DNA of 64,000 nucleotides from Rickettsiales bacterium (GTDB lineage Bacteria; Pseudomonadota; Alphaproteobacteria; Rickettsiales; UBA6187): NCBI GenBank assembly GCA_028223895.1, contig JAOIVE010000003.1, positions 5,537 to 69,536 of the forward strand, read 5' to 3'. Shown piece by piece: positions 56,528 to 64,000 of this stretch (position 1 is its first letter; each line of letters starts with the position of its first letter). The notes under the pieces were generated by a model. It saw only the letters and a program-made list of their open reading frames with translations, ran no database searches and was not told where the DNA came from. The position numbers and the translations under genes were made by a program.

Positions 56528-56899
56528 AGCTTTCCATTAGATAGGCTTTGCTAAATCTTAGAATTGCCTTTTAATTCTCAAAAGGAGGCGATATAAAAGA
56601 ACTTCAATTACAAAAACCAACCATTAGTGAACTGACAAGGCAGTGGCATATGTTAAGGTCTAGCTGCGCATGCAGTAAACGTACTGTTGATGACATACTG
56701 AATGAGTATGAGCCGCCCCTCGGCTGCTATTGGCTCATCTACCCCAAATAATAATGAGGAGGCTTCCAAACAGCTTAAAATCGCCCTTATATTGTGGAGG
56801 GGGTGTATAGCAACTAGTGAGGAGATGCAGGAATTTATCAAAAATAGGTATGCAGCTATGGATGGTATGTTTTTCAGGGGTGTTGGGATTTGTGCATAG
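56528..56899 (+). pseudogene. frameshifted copy of the small-ORF / att-like repeat (copy b)
   Basis: Colinear with 63588..63960, but the reading frame is broken around 56680-56720. Confidence 0.6.
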
Positions 56900-57238
56900 T
56901 TAAAAAAACAAAATAACCGCCCAAACAATACCTGCGTTTAATAAAGCAATTAATACCGCAGCACTTGCAGTATCTTTCGCCTTTTTGGATAAAGGGTGTA
57001 TTTCATCACCAAATCTGTCAACCACAGCCTCTATTGATGTGTTTATGATTTCAGCACAAAAAACCATTAGGATGCTTCCAATCATCAATATGAGTGAAAT
57101 TTTATCCGGTGCAAAATAAAAAGCTGCAGGAATCATTAAAATAGCTAAAAATACTTCCTGCCTAAATGCTGGCTCATCACGCCATGCGCTTATAATTCCA
57201 TCTATTGAATAAAATAATGCTTTGTAGATTCGTTTCAT
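56900..57238 (-). CDS. dgkA: diacylglycerol kinase
   Basis: 112 aa with three TM helices. AFRQEVFLAILMIP and EIINTSIEAVVDR motifs. Confidence 0.88.
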   Translation of the reverse strand: MKRIYKALFYSIDGIISAWRDEPAFRQEVFLAILMIPAAFYFAPDKISLILMIGSILMVFCAEIINTSIEAVVDRFGDEIHPLSKKAKDTASAAVLIALLNAGIVWAVILFF

Positions 57239-57241
57239 GTT

Positions 57242-58879
57242 TTAGTTCTTAATAAAGTCCATGTCTTTTTTATATACTTTACTGTCAATTTCCATTAATC
57301 CAAGTAATGTATGAAAAATATTATCATGCGTAAGTGGTATGTCTTTCTTAGCTTTAAGCTCATCAAAGCTAATTTCATCAAATGCACTCCCTATCCACAT
57401 TATAACAGGAACATGGCGTTGAGTCTGGGGTGCTATGAAGTTTGGAATGCCATGCAAATATAAACCGTTTTCTCCTAATGATTCTCCGTGATCGCTAACA
57501 TACAGCATAGCAGTTTCAAACCTATTATCATTTTGTTTTAATAGCTCAATTACTTTGCTCAGGAAATAATCGGTATATAAAATGGCATTGTCATATGCAT
57601 TGTTAATTTCATCTTCAGTGCAATCAGAAAGCTCATTTGTATGGCAAGCTGGCGTGAATCTCTCAAATTCTTTAGGGTATCGCTTATAATAGGCTGGACC
57701 ATGATTTCCCATTTGATGCAGAATAATCAAAATATCGCCATTTTTCTGCTGATTAATATATTCTTGTAAGCCCACCAGCATTCCTTCATCGCGGCATTCA
57801 GTATCACAAATAGTATTTGTATCAGCTGATTGGTAATCTTGATATATAACCCTGTCAGCAACATGTTTCGAGCTTGAATTATTATCGCGCCAAAGAACTT
57901 TAGCGCCGGAGCGTTTCAAGATATCAAGGGCATTTTCTTTGTGCTTAGCTTTATTAGAATCAAAGCTATCTTCTTGATCTATAGCAAACATGCATGGAAC
58001 AGAAATAGCAGTTAGTGTTCCACAGCTTTCTACATTGCTAAAGCTAACAACATTCTGTTTTTCCAGCAGTGGATTTGTTTTCTGGTCGTAGCCATTTAGT
58101 GAAAATCTATCAGCACGGGCAGTTTCCCCAACAACCATAATTATAAGCTCTCTTTGGGTATCACTTTCTGGTTTTTTTGCATCTTTACCAATAAGGGATA
58201 GTTTTCTATCTTTTTCTTTAAGAATATCCCTTATATATCTAACTAATCCAATCGCATAATTTCCAGGATTAGAATAATATAAAGTTGTTTTATGCTCGCG
58301 GAAAAATGAAGTGGCATTAGGGCTATATATAAAAAATGAAATACCAACTATGATAAGAACAGCAAATATTGTTTTAGCGCGTGCTATAATTTCTTGCTTC
58401 AAAGGCTGATATTGAATTTTGGCAAGATATACAAAAATAGAAGGGAGCAGGCCGAGCAAAAGAAAGTATAAAAACATTGTTGGGCTGGCTAAGCCAAGCA
58501 TTTCTTTCTGATCGGTTTCAAATGCATTTTTAATCATCGCATCATCGATCATAGTATTGTAGCTATCCATAAAATAGGCAATTAACGATGAAATTATCAG
58601 ACATATGATTATAAGAAGCTTAAGGCTATATCTATTGCATAGTAAGCATAATGCAATAATAATTGCACCAGTAAAGCCTACCGTTAAGGCAGATAAGAAG
58701 CCAATATTTTCAATGGTTGCCGGATAATCATTTAATAGGGCTTTGAAAAATGATAAATTGGCAAATGCCATCCAAAAAACAGCTATAAGTATAATAAGTT
58801 TAATGCTTGAAATTTTTGTATTTTGAATGACGTTTTTTATCTTCAGCATTTTTACCGTTACAAAATAAAATATTTCCAT
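57242..58879 (-). CDS. eptA: phosphoethanolamine--lipid A transferase (EptA/MCR family)
   Basis: Five N-terminal TM helices. VVGETARADRF, CGTLTAISVPCMF (catalytic Thr), HQMGNHGPAYYKRYP and SDHGESLGE. The start may be the internal MLKIKN. Confidence 0.9.
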   Translation of the reverse strand: MEIFYFVTVKMLKIKNVIQNTKISSIKLIILIAVFWMAFANLSFFKALLNDYPATIENIGFLSALTVGFTGAIIIALCLLCNRYSLKLLIIICLIISSLIAYFMDSYNTMIDDAMIKNAFETDQKEMLGLASPTMFLYFLLLGLLPSIFVYLAKIQYQPLKQEIIARAKTIFAVLIIVGISFFIYSPNATSFFREHKTTLYYSNPGNYAIGLVRYIRDILKEKDRKLSLIGKDAKKPESDTQRELIIMVVGETARADRFSLNGYDQKTNPLLEKQNVVSFSNVESCGTLTAISVPCMFAIDQEDSFDSNKAKHKENALDILKRSGAKVLWRDNNSSSKHVADRVIYQDYQSADTNTICDTECRDEGMLVGLQEYINQQKNGDILIILHQMGNHGPAYYKRYPKEFERFTPACHTNELSDCTEDEINNAYDNAILYTDYFLSKVIELLKQNDNRFETAMLYVSDHGESLGENGLYLHGIPNFIAPQTQRHVPVIMWIGSAFDEISFDELKAKKDIPLTHDNIFHTLLGLMEIDSKVYKKDMDFIKN

Positions 58880-59202
58880 CTGGTACCTATATGATACCTC
58901 AATCTAAAAAATGGTGACCCCGCCCGAGTGGATTGGTAAAAATCGCTATTAACACGATTTTTACCCTTCGGGCTTCGTCGCATATTACATATGCTCCTCG
59001 TCCAATTTGATTTCATCAAATTGTCGAACCACCGACCTACAGATTAGGAAAAAACAATGATCTTAGCACCATAGGTTCGAATCTAGCACTACTATCTACG
59101 ATTATCCACTATACGTCAATCCGTTATTCTTGAGGCATCATACTATCAACTACGATCTACTACGTGCAAATTGTATTTTGATTGGTACCTCCGTGGTACC
59201 AC
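58875..59202. repeat. structured MITE-like element, copy B
   Basis: Same termini and identical 110-nt core as copy A. The middle section is diverged and contains a GGTTCGAATC T-loop-like motif. Confidence 0.85.
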
Positions 59203-59354
59203 AGTTGCTATATAATGAGTTATAAAAATAGCATTTATAACTCATAAAATAAAAGTGATTATATCGCAGAAGTAGGATTGCCCTATCAAAACTTGCAACT
59301 TGAAAGAAGCGTTAATGGGAGTATCATATCTGCTAAATTAATAACGAAAGTAAA

Positions 59355-59885
59355 ATGGGCGATTTGATATATATAGTCTTTAATTATTTAACTGATGTGT
59401 CGGTAAATTTCTGGTTCTGGCTCCTACTGTTTACTGCGCCTGTTTTAGTTTTTAGCGTAAAGCCGGAAGTCTCTATTAAAATAAGGTTTTTACGATTGTT
59501 TTTTGCTATAGGTTTTACGTATATTCTAATGAATCTTTCATTGCATACAAGTCGTCATATAGAATGGGCAACTTATGAGGCCTGTCAAAGCCAGTTTCCC
59601 GATGGCGGCATTCAGCATCATGCAGAATGTGGCGAAATTAATATTGCCGATGGTGCAAGCAATATTTTTTATGCATTTTTTGGCTGGATTCCTGCAACAG
59701 TTTATGTTGGGATGTGGGAATTATTATGGGTAGTATTTTATCGAAAAAAGATAAAGAATATAGGAATAAATTATAAAGGTAGGCGGTTAAGTAAAATAAT
59801 TATAGCTTTTCCCATATTTTTCTTAGTAATTTTTCCTATAACTGCGATAATCGGTGGATTAATAGCAAAGACTATAAACGGTTAG
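59355..59885 (+). CDS. integral membrane protein, unknown function
   Basis: 4-5 predicted TM helices. No recognisable motif. Confidence 0.5.
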   Translation: MGDLIYIVFNYLTDVSVNFWFWLLLFTAPVLVFSVKPEVSIKIRFLRLFFAIGFTYILMNLSLHTSRHIEWATYEACQSQFPDGGIQHHAECGEINIADGASNIFYAFFGWIPATVYVGMWELLWVVFYRKKIKNIGINYKGRRLSKIIIAFPIFFLVIFPITAIIGGLIAKTING

Positions 59886-59931
59886 TAAACACTATCTTCT
59901 GGATCAAATTTGATTTGAGCCTGAAAAGTGG

Positions 59932-60525
59932 TTATTTATCACCAACTCCAACAATACTATATTTTTCAAACCTTTCATCGTATTCCCATTTTGGTCCTTT
60001 GTTAGAACCGTGCTTTTTATAAAAAACCTTAAGCTGCCTTTTAAAATCATTCCTCTCCATGCCACTATTTGACGTATATAAAGGCAAGTGTCTTTCCTCA
60101 ACAATTTTACGTAGCTCTACATCAGTAAGGTTTTGGCTATTGCTACAATCTTTGCCATAATCGCAGATAAAGTAGAAAGGATTGCCCTGAAGGTCTTTAC
60201 GATATCCGTAAATGGTATTACCTGATTCTACGAAGCGTTTTACATCGGAATAAACTATTATTTTACCATTTTTGTCACTTAAATTATGTCCATCCTTAGA
60301 CCCATCTTTCGTATCGTTTACATACATAAAACCGCTATGCAATGGGATGGCAGACCATCTAATTTCATCTTCAAATAAAAAGTTTATTGATAACAGGCTC
60401 CACATAAATATGAAGAAGGTTCCAATGATAATTGCCACAAGTTTGTATAGCTTAAATCCTCCTCTAAAAAAGAAGCGTAATGCCAACCAAATTCTACTTA
60501 TACTGACTTTCGCTTGCATTTTCAT
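59932..60525 (-). CDS. membrane-anchored protein, putative cognate partner (immunity-like), paralogue 2
   Basis: One N-terminal TM helix. Its start overlaps the 3' end of 60494..61492. Paralogue of 54933..55451. Confidence 0.6.
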   Translation of the reverse strand: MKMQAKVSISRIWLALRFFFRGGFKLYKLVAIIIGTFFIFMWSLLSINFLFEDEIRWSAIPLHSGFMYVNDTKDGSKDGHNLSDKNGKIIVYSDVKRFVESGNTIYGYRKDLQGNPFYFICDYGKDCSNSQNLTDVELRKIVEERHLPLYTSNSGMERNDFKRQLKVFYKKHGSNKGPKWEYDERFEKYSIVGVGDK

Positions 60526-61492
60526 TTACTATTCCATTTAAACTGGTTTTCCAGTTTCCTTTTATATCAAATTTTGTTCCGCCAAATTCCGAGAACTCCT
60601 TTATCCATTGGTGGATGTCCTCAATTGTGTATTTAGGCATTTGTTTATAAATTTCAGCTATATAATCAATGCTTATACCTGTTTCTTTAGAAATAGACAA
60701 CAGAGCCAGTTCTACAAACTCATCAAGTTCTCTAGGGGTATGGGTTATAGCCTCAATAATATCCAGAGGGTCTGTAAAAATATCACTAAAGTTATAATCA
60801 ACTTTTGCATTTATTATAAGAGATTTTCCTTCCTTTCTTGTATTACCATCAATTTTTCCTTCAACTGTTGAATTGCCATGGACAAATGACACAGGCTTAA
60901 AATTATAGGAATTAGAAAATGTATCTGTAAAACTCCCATCAATTACTTCGCGCGCCTTACCTGCAGTTTGATTTTCTACACCTTTAAAAACGTGAGTACG
61001 TGCAACATCAATAACATCCTGTAAATGACCTATTTGCCATAGCTCAACCGTACGACCTTTGCCAAAGTAAAAATGGATAACAAAATCATACCAAGCCCAA
61101 CGATTTAGCCCTTCATCAACTATGCTAATAACTTCCTGCTGCATATATTCTTCTTTATTTATAGGCTCAGCCCAACAACGGCAGTTAAAGTCTTCACCGG
61201 GATGTCCGGTGGCAGGAGGATTGTTCCATGCAAAAATCTTACCATTATTTGCAGCATGGGAAGCCCTTACTTTATCATCACCTTGTGTATGCCAGATGTA
61301 ATGCGTTGTCGGATGCTCTTCTTTTCTATTTGAAATAAGTGAGATTAATTCATTTTCAATTTGCTGAATTTCTCTAGCCTGTTCTATGAGCCTTCGGTCC
61401 AAACACTCTGAAATAAGAATTTGCGCCTTCATACTAAGTTGTTGAGCTCTTTTAGAGTAAACGGAGCGATTTTTCGTAAATATATTATGCAT
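60494..61492 (-). CDS. MuF (SPP1 gp7 / phage Mu F) domain protein with a C-terminal domain of unknown function, paralogue 2
   Basis: HYIWHTQGDDKVRASHAANNGKIFAWNNPPATGHPGEDFNCRCWAEPI. The C-terminal domain aligns with the paralogue (YNF...GNSTVEGKIDGNTRKEGKSLIINAKVDYNFSDIFTDP). Confidence 0.7.
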   Translation of the reverse strand: MHNIFTKNRSVYSKRAQQLSMKAQILISECLDRRLIEQAREIQQIENELISLISNRKEEHPTTHYIWHTQGDDKVRASHAANNGKIFAWNNPPATGHPGEDFNCRCWAEPINKEEYMQQEVISIVDEGLNRWAWYDFVIHFYFGKGRTVELWQIGHLQDVIDVARTHVFKGVENQTAGKAREVIDGSFTDTFSNSYNFKPVSFVHGNSTVEGKIDGNTRKEGKSLIINAKVDYNFSDIFTDPLDIIEAITHTPRELDEFVELALLSISKETGISIDYIAEIYKQMPKYTIEDIHQWIKEFSEFGGTKFDIKGNWKTSLNGIVNENASESQYK

Positions 61493-61655
61493 TTAAAGGT
61501 CTCCTGAATTTGGACAATAAAAAACCCCTTTGGCTAGAGATGCACAAAGGGGCTGATTGAAATTATAATGATGTGGGTGGATACAAAAATCTGTATCCTA
61601 CAATTTATGTAATATCATGAAAATTTGAGTTATATAAGCCCTGCTGCTGGCAAAA
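61493..61655 (-). promoter_or_regulatory. conserved leader/promoter region of MuF-like gene 2
   Basis: On the coding strand: hairpin GGATACAgatttttGTATCC (61579-61598), TATAAT (61562-61570 region), and the perfect terminator-like hairpin CCCCTTTG-12nt-CAAAGGGG plus TTTTTTATT (61519-61555). The CAGGAGA RBS follows. Confidence 0.5.
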
Positions 61656-61729
61656 AATTATTCAGCTTTCCATTTAGATGGTTTTAAATTTTTCTTAGAT
61701 TGCAAATTCAAGACAATTTAGGCGGTGAC

Positions 61730-61942
61730 ATGAAAAACAAAAATAATCCCAAATATATTGTAGAGCTTGTGAAAGCCGGTTGTTATATATCAACCCAGCA
61801 AGCGGCGATATATTTAAGTATCTCTCCAAGAACATTAGAGAAATACCGCACAGAGGGCAAAGGGCCAGAGTATTTATCTCTGTGCAATGGTGGGGTTGTA
61901 CGTTATCCAGCAGAATCTATTTTGGCTTTTATAAGGGGCTAA
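61730..61942 (+). CDS. AlpA/excisionase-type helix-turn-helix protein
   Basis: YISTQQAAIYLSISPRTLEKYRTEGKGPEYL...VRYPAESILAFI. The start is taken at MKNKNN. Confidence 0.75.
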   Translation: MKNKNNPKYIVELVKAGCYISTQQAAIYLSISPRTLEKYRTEGKGPEYLSLCNGGVVRYPAESILAFIRG

Positions 61943-61949
61943 AAGTTTT

Positions 61950-62173
61950 TAGTACGCTTGTACTACTAACTACTACTGACTACGATTTTCTACGATTCGA
62001 CCCTCTGTACTACAGCTTAGGAAAATTGGCCGTCACCCTTAACATAGAACCACATATACAACCATTTACTACGATAGTCCACTACATCTCAAACGGTTAT
62101 TTCATTGTTACGCTACGCTTAGCTACGATCACGCACGTAGTAGTTGTATTTCAGTTGGTACCTCGGTGGTACC
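61950..62173. repeat. structured MITE-like element, copy C (right half only) with an iteron-rich left flank
   Basis: GTCACCCTTAACATAGAACCACATATACAACCATTTACTACGATAGTCCACTACATCTCAAACGGTT and the terminal TTGGTACCTCGGTGGTACC match copy A. Confidence 0.8.
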
Positions 62174-62181
62174 TTAGAAAA

Positions 62182-62694
62182 TTACACATCATTAAATGCT
62201 TTAGGATACTGAACTACTCCAGACGTTTTTGATAATGAGTTTTCTTCAAGCTCTAGTGCCATAAAAACTTCATCAGGCACTTTAAAAGGGCAATGTATCC
62301 CCCAAAAACTTGCAGGCCTAAAGCCAAACTTAGTGTAAAACTCTGGGTGCCCCAAGACTATAATTGATTTATGTTTTAAATTTTTAGCTATATCAATAGC
62401 ATGTTTAATTAAAGCTGAACCAACACCCTGTTTTTGCTTGTGAGGTTTAACTGACATTGGCGCCAAAGCAAGAGAGGAAGTATAGCTATTTTCGTTTATA
62501 ATTAGGATGGGACTAAGCAAAAGATGGCCTACAACGCCACTTTCATCTTCAGCAACAAATGAAAGGCGGCAATCAAAGTCAGACGACTCCCTTAAAGTTA
62601 ATATAAGTTTACCTTCATTGGTTTGAGCAAAAGCATCATCGTTCACTTTAGTGATATCTTCGATATCTTGTGATGTTTCATTTCTAATTTTCAT
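62182..62694 (-). CDS. GNAT family N-acetyltransferase
   Basis: Acetyl-CoA motif KQKQGVGSALIKHAI, with the YhbS-like layout. Confidence 0.85.
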   Translation of the reverse strand: MKIRNETSQDIEDITKVNDDAFAQTNEGKLILTLRESSDFDCRLSFVAEDESGVVGHLLLSPILIINENSYTSSLALAPMSVKPHKQKQGVGSALIKHAIDIAKNLKHKSIIVLGHPEFYTKFGFRPASFWGIHCPFKVPDEVFMALELEENSLSKTSGVVQYPKAFNDV

Positions 62695-62729
62695 TTAGAT
62701 TTCCCAGAATCTTTCTTAAATTCAGCCTC

Positions 62730-63071
62730 ATGAATAATAAACTGAATTTTAAAGAAATAGAAGAAATTATCTTATCTGGTGGCTATTTAACATCGAAACA
62801 GGCAGCCACATATTTGGGTGTCACGGTTAAATCACTTGCCGACTACCGAAGCAAAAAAAGACAGCCCTATTTTATCAAACGTCTTAACGCCATCAGATAC
62901 CCTGCACAGAGTATTATCGACTTCATTATTAAAAGAAACGAGGCAAAATATTTGGCTAAGTACGATCTACTACTATCAGCTACTTGCCAGCATGGGACAA
63001 AGGAATTACATAGCGATTCGGAAAAAGATATAATGCGGTATTATGGCAAAACTTACAAAAAGACAGATTGA
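62730..63071 (+). CDS. AlpA/excisionase-type helix-turn-helix protein with an aberrant C-terminal extension
   Basis: YLTSKQAATYLGVTVKSLADYRSKKRQPYFIKRLNAIRYPAQSIIDFI. The tail reads through an iteron fragment and overlaps the integrase start. Confidence 0.65.
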   Translation: MNNKLNFKEIEEIILSGGYLTSKQAATYLGVTVKSLADYRSKKRQPYFIKRLNAIRYPAQSIIDFIIKRNEAKYLAKYDLLLSATCQHGTKELHSDSEKDIMRYYGKTYKKTD

Positions 63072-63561
63072 CGCACTAAACCCAAATTCGAACAAGAAAA
63101 CCTTGTGGGACGATAACCCTGTCGGCTTAGGGGTTAAAGTTAATAAGGATGGATCAAAAACATTCAAATTAAGATATCGTAACCAATATGGAAAACAACG
63201 AAATCTCACCATCGGTAAATATGGAGCAATAACTTTAGAACAGGCTCGAGGAATTGCCAAAGAAAGGCTTTTAGAAATAGCCAAAGGTGAAGACCCTGCC
63301 ACCAATAAAAAAGAAAAACGAGAAAGCCCTTCCATGACGGATATGTTTAACCGTTATCTGGAAGAGCATAGCAAGATTAACAACAAGCCAAACACCCATA
63401 AAGGCAATGAGGCATTTGTAAAACGCTATCTTATTCCTGCTCTGGGTAAATACAAAGTGAAGGAAGTACAGCGCAGCGATATTTATGCCCTACAACAAAA
63501 ACTCACTAAACATAGTAAGGCTGTGGCTAATACAGCTATATGGGTGTTAAAAGGGTATTAA
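63043..63561 (+). pseudogene. tyrosine integrase (P4-type), N-terminal fragment only
   Basis: MAKLTKRQIDAL...LWDDNPVGLGVKVNKDGSKTFKLRYRNQYGKQRNLTIGKYGAITLEQAR is the DUF4102 arm-binding domain, followed by the start of the core-binding domain. It stops at 172 aa, with no catalytic domain. Confidence 0.8.
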
Positions 63562-63705
63562 TGCGCTATCCAGAAAAGGCTTAGTTTTTCATTTAGATAG
63601 GCTCTGCCAAATCGCAAGTTTGCCTTTTAATTCTCAAAAGGAGGCGATATAAAAGAACTTCAATTACAAAAACCAACCATTAGTGAACTAACGAGGCAGT
63701 GGCAT

Positions 63706-63960
63706 ATGTTAAGGTCTAGCTGTTTTGGTGGTATGCGTACTGTGGATGACATTTTGAAAGAGTATGAGAAGCTTGAGGCTGCCATTGGTTCATCTACTCC
63801 ACATAATAACGAGGAGGCATCCAAACAGCTTAAAATCGCCCTTATTCTGTGGCGGGAGTGTATAGCCACCAGTGAGGAAATGCCTGAATTTATCAAAAAC
63901 AGATATGCTGCTATGGATGGTATGTTTAGGGGAGTGTTGGGGTTTGTGGATAGGGGGTAG
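63706..63960 (+). CDS. small conserved hypothetical protein whose 3' end is the att-like repeat (copy c)
   Basis: The repeat spans 63588..63960. The frame stays open upstream to an AAAGGAGG RBS with no canonical start there, so the true start is unclear. Unknown function. Confidence 0.4.
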   Translation: MLRSSCFGGMRTVDDILKEYEKLEAAIGSSTPHNNEEASKQLKIALILWRECIATSEEMPEFIKNRYAAMDGMFRGVLGFVDRG

Positions 63961-64000
63961 CCTATTTTATCTTCACAAATTTTTCTCTCCAGTCTTTGTA

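Noticed and set aside
58905-59100. A tRNA or two-piece tmRNA gene, or an att fragment of one. The minus strand ends ..CTCGGGCGGGGTCACCA, there are GGTTCGAC/GGTTCGAATC T-loop-like motifs, and a P4-type integrase is nearby.
   Set aside because: No 5' acceptor strand complements the putative 3' end, and there is no cloverleaf. The T-stem candidates do not pair. There is no Ala-initiated tag ORF ending in (L/V)AA. Copy A differs exactly at the would-be CCA end (..GGGGTCACTA). At most it is a degenerate fragment.
61780-62232. A 150-aa plus-strand ORF spanning the HTH gene and element C. The similar short ORFs 54854..55048 and 8665..8910 belong in the same category.
   Set aside because: They are translations of repeat or palindromic DNA. 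The frame is not conserved between repeat copies, and they overlap better-supported genes.

Overview
This is an AT-rich chromosomal segment that looks alphaproteobacterial: a usg-family gene, an MJ0042-type zinc-ribbon protein, and the orders rpsF-rpsR-rplI, yfgM-like/bamB/der, dapD-dapE-guaA and rplM-rpsI. The many ankyrin-repeat and orphan acidic proteins with eukaryotic NLS-like motifs suggest an intracellular, eukaryote-associated lineage; taxonomy cannot be fixed from sequence alone. No rRNA, convincing tRNA or CRISPR array was found.

Housekeeping genes fill about 0-13.8 kb and 30.5-53.7 kb: ribosomal proteins, purF, mfd, radA, cvpA, prmA, hemH, argC, der, dapDE, guaA, ubiA, htpX and a P-type ATPase.

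Four things stand out:
1. mfd is one uninterrupted 1445-aa ORF. It carries an in-frame insert of about 0.85 kb: an intact DUF559 (Vsr-like) endonuclease domain bracketed by two direct copies of a G+C-rich nested-palindromic repeat.
2. 14.6-29.3 kb is an accessory block. Two inverted triplets of large prepilin-type paralogues with variable C-terminal disulfide loops flank ankyrin and orphan proteins. Several of those orphans carry NLS-like motifs and Arg/Gly-rich C-terminal tails, so they are effector candidates.
3. 53.7-64 kb, starting directly after the ATPase stop, is a decayed mosaic integrative island. It holds three direct copies of an att-like sequence, a truncated P4-type integrase and two excisionase-like HTH genes. 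It also has a duplicated module of a MuF-domain (polymorphic-toxin-like) protein plus a membrane-anchored partner, each behind a conserved leader with a terminator hairpin, and an eptA-dgkA (MCR-like) lipid A modification cassette.
4. The island also contains about 325-bp structured elements with double-GGTACC termini, an identical 110-nt multi-hairpin core and CTACGAT iterons.
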